Of a DNA stretch of 33,000 nucleotides, positions 30,720 through 33,000 are shown piece by piece. The stretch's first letter is position 1. Each line of letters opens with the position of its first letter. A program made the translations under genes and the position numbers. This DNA comes from Octopus sinensis. Taxonomy: Eukaryota. The stretch lies in assembly GCF_006345805.1 (NCBI RefSeq), contig NC_043012.1, positions 36,611,001-36,644,000 on the forward strand, in the 5' to 3' direction. The notes below the pieces were generated by a model. The model saw only the letters and a program-made list of their open reading frames with translations. It had not been told where the DNA came from and searched no databases.

Positions 30720-31016
30720 ATGTATCACAGTATTGACTAGACTATTAGATGTTGTTATACATCACTGGTCACAATGCACTTTGCATCATCATCTTAGCTT
30801 TCAAATGATGCCACCCTACTGGCTCGGCAAGCAGGCCATCATTGCCTGTGGTCAGAAGGCTCTTCCATCCGAAGGTGATCCATTTGTAGTTGAATGGACT
30901 GGTGCAACATGAAATGAAGTGTTTTGTTCAGTAACACGAGTTGCTCTTTCTGGGAATCAAACCCATGATTGCTAAACCATGAGCATAACACCCTGACCAC
31001 TAGGCTACGTGCCTTC
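30720..31016 (-). mobile_element. Chimeric or adjacent SINE-G 3' part and SINE-D-like head
   Basis: GATGTTGTTATACATCACTGGTCACAATGC (G tail); GGACTGGTGCAACATGAAATGAAGTG...GGGAATCAAACCC (D head). Confidence 0.6.
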
Positions 31017-31042
31017 ATATATATGTGTGTGTGTGTGGATTG

Positions 31043-31360
31043 GAGGTAGGAAGGGCATCAGCCTGTAGAAACCGTACCAAATTAGACTGGGGTCTGGTGC
31101 AGACCCTCAGCTTACTAGCCCTAGTCAAACCCTCCAACCCATGACAGCATGGACAACGGACGTTAAATGATGATGCCGATATATATATATATATATATAT
31201 ATTCTTTTATTATTTTACTTGTTTCAGGTCATATATATATATATATACACAAGCACAGGTAACATCATTAGGACTGGTGCCACATAAAAATAACCCAGTA
31301 TACCCTGTAAAGCGGTTGGCATTAAGAAGGGCATCCAGCCATAGAAACCATGCCAAAGCC
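31043..31360 (+). mobile_element. RTE 3'-end fragments separated by (TA)n
   Basis: GGAAGGGCATCAGCC...CCCATGACAGCATGG...ATGATGATG; second GGTTGGCATTAAGAAGGGCATCCAGCC. Confidence 0.75.
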
Positions 31361-31433
31361 AACACAGAAAATAAAAGGAGAGAAAACAATATATGTGTAG
31401 TGGCTAACGATCTAACATGGCGATATATATATA

Positions 31434-31545
31434 GAAGAGCGTAGGCTCGAAACGTAAAAGACTTTTTCTATTCCTGAGCGTTATACTAATACATCTGTTT
31501 GTTTTGTACACCACCTGTCTTCGTCTTTTGTAAACTCTCCCTATA
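31434..31545 (+). mobile_element. Short element between (TA)n tracts starting with a 5'-truncated minimal hammerhead-like motif (possible Penelope-like pLTR relic)
   Basis: (CT missing)GAAGA-G-CGTAGGCT-C-GAAACGTA. Confidence 0.4.
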
Positions 31546-31584
31546 ATTATATATATATATATATATAATATACAGTTTCTGCCT

Positions 31585-31715
31585 ATGAAATGCACTCACA
31601 AAGCACTGGTTGGCCGAAGGTTATTGCAGAAGACATTTGCTTAAGGTGGTGCTCGGAGGGACTGAACCCCAAATCACTTGGTTGCAAAGTGAGTTCCTTA
31701 ACCACACAGCCATGC
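31585..31715 (-). mobile_element. SINE-A head
   Basis: GAAGACATTTGCTTAAGG...GGACTGAACCC...CCACACAGCCATG. Confidence 0.75.
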
Positions 31716-31965
31716 ATTGAAATGTGTTTATTTTGAAATATCAAAGAGTTTTGTAAAATAGCATCGGTTGTCATCATTGTTTGTCATCATTGGGTTGGTG
31801 TTCAGATCACACATGTGGCTCACAACATTCATCTTCATTTTTGCCTGGAAGGTGGTTGTTCTTGACAATAATGAAATGATAATATTGATGGTCACAGTTG
31901 GAATGTCTTCAATTATAGGACTGCTAGATCAGAACAGACATAGAAATAAACCACTATCTCCACCA

Positions 31966-32190
31966 CCTATTTCTTTACTACCCACAAGGAGCTAAACACA
32001 GAGAGGACAAACAAGGACAGACAAACGGATTAAGTCGGTTATATCGACCCCAGTGCATAACTGGTACTTATTTAATCGACCCCGAAAGGATGAAAGGCAA
32101 AGTCGACCTCAGTGGAATTTGAACTCAGAACGTAAAGACAGATGAAATACCGCTAAGCATTCCGTCCGGCATGCTAACGTTTCTGCCGCC
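31966..32190 (-). mobile_element. SINE-B full length, young
   Basis: Near-identical to 8200-8414. Confidence 0.9.
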
Positions 32191-32561
32191 ACCACCACCA
32201 CCACCACAACGCGACATAAATGTCAGGTTCCCATCAGTCAAAGTTGATCATGCTTTGACCCGTGTATGGGTTGTGCAGGCCTGGACAAGATTGGTTTTGA
32301 GAAAGATGGTTTTGTCCATCCTTCCATGCAAATCTTCCTCATCATCAATGTTTATCCAAGGATTAAACTTTCAACCATGGATCACAACAGGTAGCCTAAA
32401 CTGTGCCGGTGCTCTACTCAACATTTAAACACACTAAATGAATTGTACTTGTTTGTCCAAATTATTTATTATTATTATATGGCTGTGTAGCTTGCTTACC
32501 AACCACATGGTTCTGGGTTCAGTCCCACTACGTGGCACCTTGGGCAAGTGTCTTCTATTAT

Positions 32562-33000
32562 ATGTATGTAATAATGAAATTATTGTATACAGTGCTCAGG
32601 TGCACCACAACTTGTCAGAAAGTGCATATAAAGTACATGCAGTAATGTAGAAATGTCTGGAAAGTGAACAGTGTATGAGTCAGATACATGCTTGTGTGTG
32701 TATGGAGGGGAGAAAATCAAGTGTAGTGTTGGCGAATCTCAGGAAGCATGGAAGTTTTGAAGGATGCAGTGCTCCGACAACTAACAACCGATGCCGGCAG
32801 TTTGTTCCACGCTTCAGCAACTCTCAGCGTGAAAAAATGTTTCCTGAAGTCATGGGAGCTGTGCTGTTTTCTTACTTTGTAAATATGTCCATGGGTGTTA
32901 GATGGATGGAGTTTGAAGAGGTGCTCAGAGTTATTGTTTGTGCGATGGTTGATAATTTTATGGGTGTCTGCCAAGTCAGCTGCCAGACGTCGGAGTTTCA
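32562..33000 (-). mobile_element. CR1-clade LINE 3' end (RT C-terminal ORF2 and 3'UTR), continues beyond the window
   Basis: KLRRLAADLADTHKIIN...THGHIYKV...RKHFFTLRVAEAWNKLPASVVSCRSTASFK*, matching the CR1 LxxRRxxxDL...RGHxxK...FFxxRVxxxWNxLP...SFK signature; stop at 32717. Confidence 0.9.

Noticed and set aside
24-32650. Most ORFs in the supplied track (poly-YI, HT, SL, H and S runs; SINE-derived frames)
   Set aside because: They are translations of microsatellites, low-complexity tracts or recurrent SINE/RTE UTR sequence, with no protein signatures.

Overview
AT-rich, repeat-saturated animal genomic DNA, most likely octopus. That assignment is from recall of the repeat landscape, not a database search: abundant tRNA-derived SINEs, RTE LINE ends with (ATG)n tails, and (TA)n/(CA)n/(CAT)n tracts. 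No prokaryotic features and no complete protein-coding gene are visible, and almost all ORFs in the track come from microsatellites or SINEs. Recognisable coding relics are a mariner transposase N-terminus (17.5-17.9 kb, +), an internally deleted Merlin/IS1595-like element with a 183-aa open ORF between inverted repeats (18.8-19.6 kb, -), RTE ORF2 C-termini (6.4, 7.1, 29.2 kb), L2-like ends (2.0, 4.8 kb) and a CR1-type RT C-terminus (32.6-33.0 kb, -). At least five SINE families (labelled A, B, D, E, G here), hAT and piggyBac-like MITEs and several nested insertions with TSDs are present. The most interesting observations are: (1) an exact 44-bp copy of sequence from 6.45 kb away at the 5' junction of an RTE insertion, inside its TSD; (2) RTE 3'UTRs built from shuffled arrays of double-hairpin modules with conserved stems and variable loops; (3) a ~250-nt single fold-back whose mismatches are mostly G-U or A-C; (4) three near-perfect palindromes beside (TA)n tracts, plus a truncated minimal hammerhead-like motif, possibly Penelope-related; (5) a CpG-retaining central domain (~16.7-27.6 kb) with promoter motifs, flanked by weak candidate exons pointing away on both sides, suggesting a divergent gene pair. 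All exon calls are low confidence.
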